64,000 nt of DNA from Eledone cirrhosa (taxonomy: Eukaryota): positions 27,590,001 through 27,654,000 of the forward strand of contig OZ024744.1 of assembly GCA_964016885.1 (NCBI GenBank), written 5' to 3'. A program made the position numbers and the translations under genes. Under the pieces are notes generated by a model. It made no database searches, was not told the origin of the DNA, and saw only the letters and a program-made list of their open reading frames with translations. Below, piece by piece: positions 22,905 to 34,163 of the stretch (position 1 is its first letter; every line of letters starts with the position of its first letter).

Positions 22905-23446
22905 TTAAGAGAGGATGATGTGAGTTCATGTGCCCGAAAATGGTGCAAGTGTCTGTGTGTTTCTCAATGTTGATGTGTCTGTATGTGGATGCCAAGTTCC
23001 GAAGATAAGATCGCGTCGATATCCGAGTAGTGTAGATCCTTGTGGTAGGGTCCGTATAAAATGGTGAGGAGGAAGTGGAATGTTATGGGGCGCGCGCAAC
23101 AGGAAGTGGTCAAGATGGTCAAGTCAAGGGAGTGGAAGGAGAGTGTGGTGAGGGTGAAGCTGGCAGGGCAATGTGTGAGAATGAGGGGAGGGGTGGAGCA
23201 GGCAGAACAGACTGGTGAGTGAGAGGCAGTAGTATTGCTGTCTGTGTAGGAGGGTAGTAGCTGGGTAGACAGGCAGGTGTGTGTGTGTGTGGGGGGGTGA
23301 GAGTGGCATGTGTGTATGTATGTGGGTATGGTGTTGTGTGTATGTGTGTGCTGAAGGTGTGGTGGACATGTGAGGAGGTGAAGTCGGTATGAGTGGGGTT
23401 ATATCTTGGTGTGTGGTGTTAGTGTGAAGAGAGGTAAAGTTGAAGG

Positions 23447-26400
23447 GAGCGGAGTTCATATGCTTTTTCGGAGAGGCTTGGATCTCGCCATACGGGCCAT
23501 CTTCCTGGACCCAGAAGGTAAGTCGGTGGTGACCGGCAGCGAAGGCAATGCTTTCAGGCTAGTAGCCGTCTACGCCCCAACAGGGGCAGGACGGCCAGAT
23601 TTCATCAGACGTCTAGAGACCTTTCTGGGAACGTCCCGCTCTTTAGTGTTAGTGGGCGACTGGAACGGTATCTTAGATGCATGCTGGGATTATGTGGGGC
23701 TAGTAGACAGGACAGGAGGATGTAAAAGCCTCAACAACCTGCTCAGACGCTTTCAACTGTCTGACAGGTATAGAATGGATTATCCGATGTGCCAATGTGG
23801 ACATGGGCAAACCGCATCGGGTCATCCAGATCGTTTTTAGATAGGGTATTCTGTAGGGAAACAGATAAGGCTAGTGTAGGTTGTCCACAATTTAAAGTAG
23901 TCGACTACACGGAGCATAAATCTGTGATCCGTGAAGTTGACGTAATAGACTCCATAGGCAAGGGCCCGGCTACTGGAAGCTGAACACGTCGTTCCCGGCG
24001 CGCAAAGCTTACAGAGACCGGGTTAGCGAATTAGTTAAGCGTGCGTTGAGGGGTGTGATCGTCAACAACATGTGGTGGTTTACCCTGAAAAGGGCTATTA
24101 GAGTAGAATCGATAAGGTTTAGCAAAGGAGTAGTGATAGAGGAAAATAGAGTAGAGGGAGAGCTAGTCAGAAAGCTAAAGAGGCGTTTAGGACAGGTATT
24201 GCAACCGACGTTCTTGCGGCGAGATTGGCACTCGACCAATTCTTCAACGCAAAGCATGAAAGCCGCGTTGTCAGAGCTAGAGCGCGTGCTCTGAGATACG
24301 AGGGGACGAAAGCCGTTCAATGGACCGGGTGGTGGAGGCGTGACGTGGCAACAAAGCCACAATTCGGTCTTTGCCTGATCAAAATGGGCGCATATTGCTC
24401 GAATCGGAGCAGATGTGTGCGGCTTTTCAGCAGTTTTGCTGAACTGTTCGGGAGCGGCGGCCGGCCGGATCGGAGTATAGACTTTGGTGCATACCTCGAT
24501 GAACTGTCGCGGCCCTCGACAACCACAGCGCTGTGTTGCGAAAAGCCGATAACAGCAGGTGAAATACGGGAAGCGATGTCTGACTGCACGAGGGGTAAAT
24601 CACGAACTTTATGCGTACATGCCAGGCTTGTTCGGCGACTTCTTGGCAGATGTCTGCTGCAACTGGCAGCAGAACGGGAACATTCCCAGTTTTTCGATTC
24701 GGGGAGCGGAGAAAAAACCCGAACAAGGGGGACGTTATAGACAACTTCAGGCCCATAACTCTTCTAAATGCAGAGTTCAACATGTTGGCCAATGTGTTAG
24801 TAACGGGATTGGTGCTTGTCGTCGGTGATCTGGTGGGAGAGGCACAGACATGCGCCATTCCGGACAGATCCATCAACGATAATCTCCATCTCATGTGATA
24901 CATCATAGAGAGGTTGGTTAAGGAACCTGGAACGGGTGGGACCTTGATCAACGTGGATCAATCTAAAGCTTTTGATAGGGTCGACCATGCAGTACCTGGC
25001 TGCGGTGCTCGCGGCGGCAGGCTTCGGGCCGATTTTCGCTTCGATGCACAACGACATCTGCTCGATTGTGAGGGTAAATGGTCACCTGTGGCAGCCTTTC
25101 AACCTCATGCGCTCAGTCCGCCAGGGTTGCCCTCTCTCGTCCCTCTTGTACGTACTGGCACTCGAGCAGTTACTTAACAAATTGGAGACGATGATGGGGT
25201 TCCCACGCGAACTGGGATGCGGGAGATACGTATCAGCTTACGACGACGACATCACCGTGGTTGTGTCGAGCACCAGACACGTCCAGATGCTCGGCACCAC
25301 TCTCAACGAATACGAAGCGGTGACAGAAGCAAATATAAACCAGGAAAAGTCGGTAGGCTTGCAACTCGGCACCCGGAGTGGCAAGTCCATGCCGTCCGAC
25401 AGCACGTGGGTCGGTGGACGGAAGGACCGGTGTAATTGCTCGGGATCTGGTTCCGTCCGGACCTCCAGGTGGAGAAAACCTGGAGCGACGTGAAGAGCAG
25501 GTTGTTCTTTCTCACGCAGAAATGGGCCGAGAGGAGGCTGTCTGTGAAAGTTCGGGCGGAGGTGGCGGAGGTGGCGAATGCGTACATAGCATCCGTCATC
25601 TGCTACCGCCTGATCGTCGTACCTTGCCCCCGCCCAACTCTAACCAAAATGGAACGCCTTCACTTCCGCTTTTTGTGGAAGGGATGTGCTCCCATGGTCA
25701 GACGATCCATTTGCTGTCAACACCCGTTGCATGGAGAACTAGACATGTCGTGGCTGATGCTGCGCAAACATGTGCTGAGGCTGCGACATCTCTGGTGCTT
25801 CCTTGATGGTGAACAGGTGTGGTCGGCGTTTGCCAGACGCGCTTTTCCCCAGCTCATCACCTTGACGGAGGTGCAATCATGGATCAGGAAAAGACCGAGG
25901 GATAGCGCTTGGAAGCTGGAATGTCTCCAAGCGCTCACCGCCCTCTACCAGCTGGGCACTAGTATCGGTGGAACATCCACCTCGGCGTTCTATAGAGAGC
26001 TAGTTGAGGGAAAGAGTGACGACGTTCTCGGGTAGACCCTGGACGTCGAAGACGATCAGCTGGTCACTCTCTTCAAGAGAACTCTAAGACAGGGACCTAT
26101 GGACAACTTCCAGAATTCCCTGGCCTAACATTGCTACCGGGGAGCGTTGCCGGTTCGGGATAAGCTCTACAGGCATGGAGGTGCTGTCTTCTAGTAATTT
26201 TCTTGAAAGGTGGGTGAAAGTGGTGAGTCTGGTCCGAGGAAACGGGCTCGCTCTGAGTATGCGCCTGTAGACTGAAGAGTGGGGAATCTTAGAGAGGACG
26301 CTTGCCCTGGTGGTCAGGGTGGCCGTGGTCTTTTGTAGGGATTTGGCCACGAGTGACCCTCGGAAGTTTCCCTCTATTGGAGAATTTCTTGTTGTTTGAA

Positions 26401-26491
26401 TTTTTTGGATATTTCTATCTTGTTATAAACTTTTTTACACGGCCAAAGCCCACATCGTATCGTCCTGTAACGTTCTGTGCCGTTTGTAATG
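23447..26491 (+). mobile_element. Tx1/L1-like LINE unit A, 5'-truncated pseudogene (APE-RT), with an internal ~330-bp deletion near 26190
   Basis: LVAVYAP, VGDWNG and SFLDRVF endonuclease motifs; FRPITLLN, DQSKAFDRVDH, RQGCPLS and YDDD RT motifs; many frameshifts; 3' UTR homologous to unit B. Confidence 0.9.
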
Positions 26492-29400
26492 ACAGACCAC
26501 AAATTTGTGATCTGTGAGATTGACATAGACAGACTTCATAGACAAGGACCCGGTTAATGGAAGCTGAATGCGCCTTTCCCGGTGCGCAAAGACTACAGAG
26601 ACCGGATTAGCGTATTAGGTAAGTGGGCGTTGACGGGAGCGATCATCAACAACAGGTGGTGGTTTGCCCTGAAATGGGCAATTAAAGTAGAGTCGATTAG
26701 GTTTAGCAAAGGACTAGTGATAGAGGAAAATAGAGTAGAGGGAGAGCTAGTCAGAAAGCTAGAAGAGGCGTTTAGGACAGGCATCGCAACCGACGTACTT
26801 GCGGCGAGATTGGCACTCGACCAATTCTTCAACGCAAAACACGAAAGTTGCGTTGTCACAGTTGGAGCACGTGCTCTGAAACACGAGTGGACGAAAGCAG
26901 TCCAATGGTCCCGGGTAGAAGAGGCGCAACGTGGAAACAAAGCCACAATTCGGTCTTTGTCTGACCAAAACGGGCGCGTGTTACTCGAGCCGGAGCAGAT
27001 GTGTGAGGTTTTTCAGCAGCACTTTGCTGAACAGTTCGGGAGCAGCGGGGGCACGGATCGGGGTATGGACTTCAATGCACACCTCGACGGACCCCCTCGG
27101 CTCTCGACGACCGCAGCACAGTGTTGCGAAAAGCGAATAAGAGCCGGTGAAATACGGGAAGCGATGGCTAACTGCACGAGGGGTAAATCACCAGTTTTGG
27201 ATGGTCTGCCCTACGAGCTTTATGCATTTATGGCAGACTTGTTCAGTGACCTCTTGGCAGACGTCTACTACAACTGGCAGCAGAACGGGAGCATTCCCAG
27301 TTTTGTGAGCCGGGGAGCGGTGGTGATGCTAAGAAAATACCCGAACAAGGGGGATGTTATCGATAACTTCAGGCCCATAACTCTGCTAAACGCAGACTTC
27401 AAGATTTTGGCCAATGTGTTAACAACGAGGTTGGCGCTTGTCGTCGGTGATCTGGTGGGATAGGCGCAGATATGCGCCATTCCGGACAGATCCATACACG
27501 ACAACCTCCACCTCATGCGATACATCGTAGAGATGGTGCTTAAGGAACCTGGCACTGGTGGGGCCCTGATCAATTTCGATCAATCCAAAGCATTCGATAG
27601 GGTCGACCATCGAAAACTGGCGGCGATCCTCGAGGCAGCCGGTTTCGGGGCCGTTTTCAGGGGTTGGATCGCTGTGATGTACAGCTAAATCTGCTCGGTT
27701 GTGTCACATGTCGCAGCCGTCAGCATCATGCACTCGGTCCGCCAGGGTTGTCCCCTCTCGTCCCTCTTGTACGTATTGACTCTCGAGCCATTACCGCACT
27801 AACTGGGGGCGATGAGGGGCGTCCCACGCGAACTAGGGTGCTGGAAATCAGAGAGGGCTTACGCCGACGATGTCACCTTGGTGGTATCAAGCACCAGACA
27901 TGTCAAGGTGCTCGGCACAGCTCTCAAGGAATACGAAGCGGTGACAGGAACAAAGATAAACCAGGAAAAGTCGGTGGGCTTGCAGCTCGGCATCTGGGGA
28001 GTCGAGCTGCAAGCCCAGCGTCGTGGGCCGTTGGACGGACGGACCGGCTAAATTGCTCGGGGTCTGGTTCGGACCGGACCTCCAGATGGAGAAAAACTGG
28101 AGCGAGGTGACGAGCAGGGTGGTCTCCCTCACCCAGAAATGGGCCGAGAGGAAGCTGTCCCTGAAAGGCCGGGCAGAGTTGGCGAATGCGTACATCGCAT
28201 CCGTCATCTGCTACCGCCTCACCGTTCTCCCTTGCCCCGGACCAACTCTCACCAAAATGGAGCGCCTCCTCTTCCGCTTTTTGTGGAAGTGACGCGCTCC
28301 CATGGTCAGACGATCCATCTACTGTCAACACTCGTTGCGTGGAGGACTGGGCATGCCATGGCTGATGATGCGCAACCATGCGCTGAGGCTGCGACATCTC
28401 TGGTGCTTCCTTGACGGTGAACAGGTGTGGTCGCCGTTCGCCAGGCACGTTTTCCCACAGCTCGTCTCCTTGATGGAGCTGCAATCCTGGGTCAGGAAAA
28501 GACCGAAGGATAGTTCTTGGAAACTGGAATGTCTTCAAGTGCTCACTACCCACTGCCAGCTGAGCACCAGTATCGGTGGAACCTACACCTCGGCGTTCTA
28601 TAGAGGACTAGTGGAGGGGGAGAGCGACAACGTTCTCGAAGAGATCCTTGGCGTCGAAGATCAGCTGTTTGCTCTCTTCCGGAGAACTTTCAGCCCAGGA
28701 CCTATGTATAACTTCCAGAAATCCCTGGCCTGGCAGTGCTACCGAGGAGCGTTGCCGCTTCGAGAAAAGCTCTATAGGCACGGAAGTGCCGTCAGCCGAG
28801 CTTGTCCGAGATGCGCGCAGAGCAACGAAACCGTCGTGCACGCACACGTTCAGTGGCCGAGCATTGCTGACTTTTGGAGCTATGTCGAACAGTTGATGTC
28901 ACGTGTAGGCCCGATCCGATCATCGACTGTGTCCATTTTGCAGATGGTCTCGCGGAGGAAGGGCAGGCAGTTTTCATCTGCCAGGTGGCCATGGCGAAAG
29001 AGATTATGTAGTGGACAAGGGTTAAGGGTTAAAGACAGACACTTTCCTCTTCGGCGAATCCCTGATTAACTTTTTTAAGTTTCAATTGAAGAGGAAAATC
29101 ATGGTAGAGAGGGAAGTGATGTCTTATAGCAAGTTTGTTGAAAGGTGGGTGAATGTAGCGAGAATGGTCTGAGTGAACGGGTCCGCTCTGAATATACGCT
29201 TGTAGTTTCAGGAATGGAAAAATTGAGAGAGGGCACTTGCCCTGGTGGCCAGGGGAGCCGTGGTCTTTTGTGTGGTTTTCGCCACGCGTAACCCTCGGAG
29301 CCCCCCCCCCCCCTATTGGGGAATATTTCATTGGTTGAATTTTCATTTTTATTGTTTATATATATGTTTCTACCTCTTTTTTTTTCTTTTCTTATATAAA

Positions 29401-29506
29401 TAATAAAAATCTTTACACGCACAAAACCCACATCGCAAGGTCTTGTACCGTCCTGTGCCGTCTCTAATGTTTTTCTTAATGTCAGCCCTTGTGGCCAAAA
29501 GAGAAA

Positions 29507-29550
<44 letters not shown>
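26492..29550 (+). mobile_element. Tx1/L1-like LINE unit B, 5'-truncated at the endonuclease TDH motif, complete 3' end with (ATT)14 tail
   Basis: GKSPVLDGLPYELY, NFRPITLLNADFKIL, AYADDVT, RGGLGMP and C-terminal CPRC...H zinc finger; stops and frameshifts; ATT repeat at 29509-29550. Confidence 0.92.
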
Positions 29551-30012
29551 GGCGACCTACGTAGGAAATCGTTTCATCGTGAGCTCCGCAAAGGTTTGTT
29601 GTTTTCGTTTGTTTAAAATTGCCATTTATAGAAAATGTTTGTTGTTAACTATTTATAAGTTCACAACATTTGCTTTCGGAAAAAGACACTCAAAAAGATT
29701 GGGGCCTTGAGCCCAAAATTTAAACTTTCATAATTATAAAACAAAAAAAAATTCTTTGAAAAATCATGGACGACTCACAGTCACACCTTCCTCACAAACT
29801 AACACCTCACACCGACACCACCATACCATTGTAAATATTACTACGTTTGCCAACACTAAAAATATAAGCAGTAGCAATAATTTAAATTTGTCTCTTGCAG
29901 ACATTCATTTCCCGCCATTACCAATAACTGCAGGTGTTGAAGCCACCACCCCACCACGACCACAGCGACAACAGAAACAAAAGAAAAAAATAAATTATCT
30001 CATGACATCGAA

Positions 30013-31627
30013 ATGGATTCACCCAGAATGGACTCTTCCACACCGAACCAACTGAAACTAAAAAATAACAATAACAAAAATAACGATAACAACAACAGCA
30101 ACAAAAACAATGAGAATAAGAAAACCAGAGTAGCAAAAAAGTGCGAAGCAGTTCAGGTAACTCAGGAGGAATTAGATGAAGGCAAGAGAATGGTAAAGAA
30201 AGATGGGTACAGAGTCAGCCTCTCCCCCCCCCCTCACACACACACCTAATAAAATGGAGCATCGGCGCCTGTGCACCGTGTCTTATCGGACGATTAACAT
30301 AAAATCGCGCCGAGTGGAACGGGCATCCGATTTCCAAATCCAAAAAGCTTTGGGACATTTGTGGGCAAAAAAAAACACATGTCAGACGTGGGCAGAAATA
30401 TGGAACCGTGGACATTTTCTTTGGAACACCACAGGAGGCCAGAGAACACTACATGGCTCCATTAAGAAGTGACAACTTCACACTCGTCCCAAGCTATTGT
30501 GGCCAGAGACTCGTGAAGATTAGGGTGACCCACATTCCACCGGCCATCGAAATTCCCTGGCTAATGGCTGCCGTCCTAGCCGGCATCGAGGTCAACACCA
30601 AGATAATCGAAATAGCGAAAGAAAAGCAGGAGAACTGGTCCGGATCTGGGATGGAGCTCCTGATCCAAGCGGACCAAAAAAGCATTGAGGAGATCCCAGA
30701 GGTAATAGACCTCACTGACGGCAGCCAACTCACCGTAATCGTCGAGGGCAGTAGGCCTAGGTGTGTCGTTTGTGGTGAAGGAACCCACCTAAGGGCTTTC
30801 TGTCCTCAGGCTAAAAGGTTGAGGCCACTTCTCTTACCCACCCCAGTGACTCAACCATCAACACCACAAGCAGCATAAATGGCAGCAACAACAGAAGCAA
30901 CTGTAACAGAAACGACCCCAGCAACAGTAGCAAAACCAACACCACCACCACGTCACAACCAAAACCAACGCCTGTGGAGGATTTTCCACTTCCCGACTTA
31001 TCGCAATTGGAGACAGATTGTGACGACGAGGAGTGGGAAACGGTATCAGGAAAAAAGAAAAAAAGAAAAAGAAACCAAAAAAGAAAAAATCCTCTTCTTT
31101 CACCCTCCAGAAACAAAATACAGAGGGAAACAAATAAACTACCAAACAAAAAAGTTAGAAAAGCTATGCCACCATCCACACCAGCATCACCAACCCCATC
31201 ACCACAAACACCAACACCATCACCATCATTAACCCCAACACCACCATCACCAACACCACAAAAGTCACCAAAAAGCGAAACAGAAACAAACCCACAACAA
31301 ACGCAAACAAAACAAAACAACCAAAACGATACACACTGCACAGCATTAAATTTGAACAACAACCAATTATTACACTACATCCAACACAACACCAGCATCA
31401 CAGAAAAAGACTACACAACAACCCAAAAGTTCACACCACTTCCACACATACGAATCACTCGCATCACACAGTTAACGTACACGACACTAAAACAAAAATT
31501 CCCCAAAGACATCGGAGACTTCCGACAAGCACTCTCCAGGTGGATTTATAAGGACATCCTTCCGGAGGAGGCCACAAGCAGTGAAAAGGATGGAGAAACC
31601 ATCCTTCCTCTACGAGAATTAAGGTAA
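30013..31627 (+). pseudogene. LINE ORF1 (frameshifted): Asn-rich N-terminus, CCHC knuckle, basic and Pro/Thr-rich tail
   Basis: CTVSYRTINIKSRRVERASDFQIQKALG; CVVCGEGTHLRAFC (CX2CX4HX4C); WETVSGKKKKRKR; homologous to 34181-35110. Confidence 0.75.
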
Positions 31628-31661
31628 GTGGTCTTTCCCATCTTTTCCACTCCCTTTCAAC

Positions 31662-34163
31662 ATGACCTCATTCAGAATAGGCAGCAAAGATGCGCGTGGC
31701 TTGGGGTCGTCATGGAAGCAGGACCACCTGCTCAATGACCTCAGGTCTCTAAACACAGATGTAGTGGCCATCAGCGAGACCAGAATCTCCGAAGCACGAG
31801 CCTTCGCACCGATCTTCGGCGGCCACAATGTGTACGCATCTCCCAGCCGTCCTGGATCGGGAGGAGGAGTTGCTGTGCTTTTTCGTAGAGGTTTGGTTCT
31901 CGCCATACAGGCCATCTTCCTGAACCCAGAAGGTAAGTTGGTGGTGCTGGACGTGACCAGCGGAGACGGGCAAACTTTCAGGCTAGTGGCCGTCTATGCC
32001 ACGACAGGAGCAGGGCAGCCTGATTTCTTCCGGCGTCTGTAGACCTTTCTTGGAACGTCCCGCTCTTTAGTATTAGTGGGCGACTGGAACGGGATCTTAG
32101 ATGCACGCTGGGACTGTATGGGATTAGTGGATAGGGGACGAGGGTGCAAGAAACTCACCAACCTGCTCAGGCGTTTTGAACTGTCTGACAGGTACCAATT
32201 GGATATTCCGAATGTGCCAATGTGGACTTGGATAAACCGCATAGGGTCATCCAGATCATATCTAGATAGAGTATTTTGTAGGGAAATAGATAGGTCTAGC
32301 ATAGGCTGTCCACAATTCAAGATAGTCAGCTACACGGACCACAAAGTCGTGATCTGTGTGCTTGACTTAGATAGGCTTCATAGACGAGGACCCTGCTACT
32401 GAAAGCTAAACGCGCCCTTACCAGCGCACAAGGTCTACAGTGACCGGATTAGCGAATTAGTTAAGCGAGCGTTGACGGGAGCCATCGTCAACAGCATGTT
32501 GTGGTTTGCTCTGAAAATAGCGTTAAAATAGAGTCCATTAGGTTAGTAAGGCTTTAGCAATAGAGAAAAATAGAGCGGAGGGAGAACTAGTTAGAAAATT
32601 AGACGAGGCGCTTAGCAAAGGCATCGCGACCGACGTACTTGCGGCGAAATTGGCCCTTGAACAATTCTTCAATGCAAAGCACGAAGGCTGCGTTGTCAGA
32701 CCTAGGGTGCGTGCTCTCAGACACGAAGGGTCAAAAGCCGTTCAATGGGCCCGAGTGGCGGAGGCGCGTCATGGCAACAAAGCCACGATCCGGTCTTTGG
32801 TGAACCACGACGGGCGCATGCTACTCGATCCCGGGCAAATGTGTGAAGCTTTTCAGCGAGACTTCGCTCAGCTGTTCGGGGGCAGCGGCTGGCCGGGTCG
32901 AGGGATGGACTTTAGTATCTACCTCAACGGAATGCCGCAGCTCTCGGCCACTGAGGCGGAGTGTTGCGAAAAGCCGATAACAACCGCTGAAGTACGGGAG
33001 TCAATGACTGGCTGCACAAGGGGTAAATCGCCTGGTTTGGATGGTCTGCCCTATGAACTTTACGTACAGATGCCAGACTTATTCGAAGGCCTATTGGCGG
33101 ACGTCTACTGCAATTTGCAACAGAATGGGAAAATTCCCATTCTGTGAGCCGAGGAGCCGTGGAGCTGCTGAGAAAGGATCCGAACAAGGGGGATAACATA
33201 GAAAATATTTCAGGCCCATAACTCTGCTAAACACAGAGTTCAAGATTTTGGCCAAAGTACTAGCAAAGAGGTTGGCGCTTGTCGTTGGTGGTCTGGTGGG
33301 AGAGGCGCAGACATGCGCTATTCCCGACAGATCCATCCACGACAACCTCCACCTCATGCGATACATCGTAGAGAGGGTAGCTAGGGTACCTGGCACGGGT
33401 GGGTCCTTGATCAATTTAGATCAGTCGAAAGCTTTCGATAGGGTCGACCATCGTTACCTAGCGGCAGTCCTGAGGGCCGCTGGCTTTGGGCCAGTCTTCA
33501 GATGCTAGATCGCTGCCATGCACAGCGACATCTGCTCTGTGGTGAGTGTGAACGGAACCGTTCAATATCATATGCTCGCTCGGCCAAGGATGTCCCCTCT
33601 CGTCCCTCTTGTACGTATTGACTCTCAAGCCATTACTGCACAAACTGGAGACGTTGAGGGGCGTCCTGCGCGAACTAGGATGCGGAAGATCCGTGTCAGC
33701 ATATGCCGACGATGTCACCGTAGTGGTGTCGAACGCCAAACACATCGAGGCGATCGGCACTAAACTAAGAGAATACGAAGCGGTGACAGGAGCAATGATC
33801 AACCAGGAAAAGTGAGTGGGCCTGCAGCTCGGCACCTGGAGAGGCAGGTCCATGCCGTCCAACAGCGTCGTCGGACGCTGGACGGACGGACCGGTTAAAT
33901 TGCTAGGGGTCTGGTTCGGTCCGGACCTCCAGACGGAAAAACTGGGACGAGGTGACGAGCAGGGTGGCTTCTCTCACCCAGAAATTGGCGGAGAGGAAGC
34001 TATCCCTGAAAGGTCGAGCGGAGGTGGCTAACGCGTACATCGCGTCTGTCATCTGCTACCACCTGACCGTCGTACCTTGTCCTAAACCCCGCCTGACTGC
34101 GCTGGAGCGTTTGCTCTTTCGCTTTTTGTGGAAGGGACGCGCTCCGATGGTCAGGCGGTCCAT
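31662..34163 (+). pseudogene. LINE ORF2 (AP endonuclease + RT), multiple stops and frameshifts
   Basis: MTSFRIGSKDARGL, VAISETR, GGGVAVL, VGDWNG, YLDRVF, TDHKVV; GKSPGLDGLPYE, DQSKAFDRVDH, AYADDVT. Confidence 0.9.

Larger units (their letters stand above)
29551..34163 (+). mobile_element. Tx1/L1-like LINE unit C: 5' UTR, ORF1 and ORF2, 3'-truncated after RT
   Basis: ORF1 remnants and an ORF2 start at 31662; RT YADD; ends at ...APMVRRSI. Confidence 0.9.
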
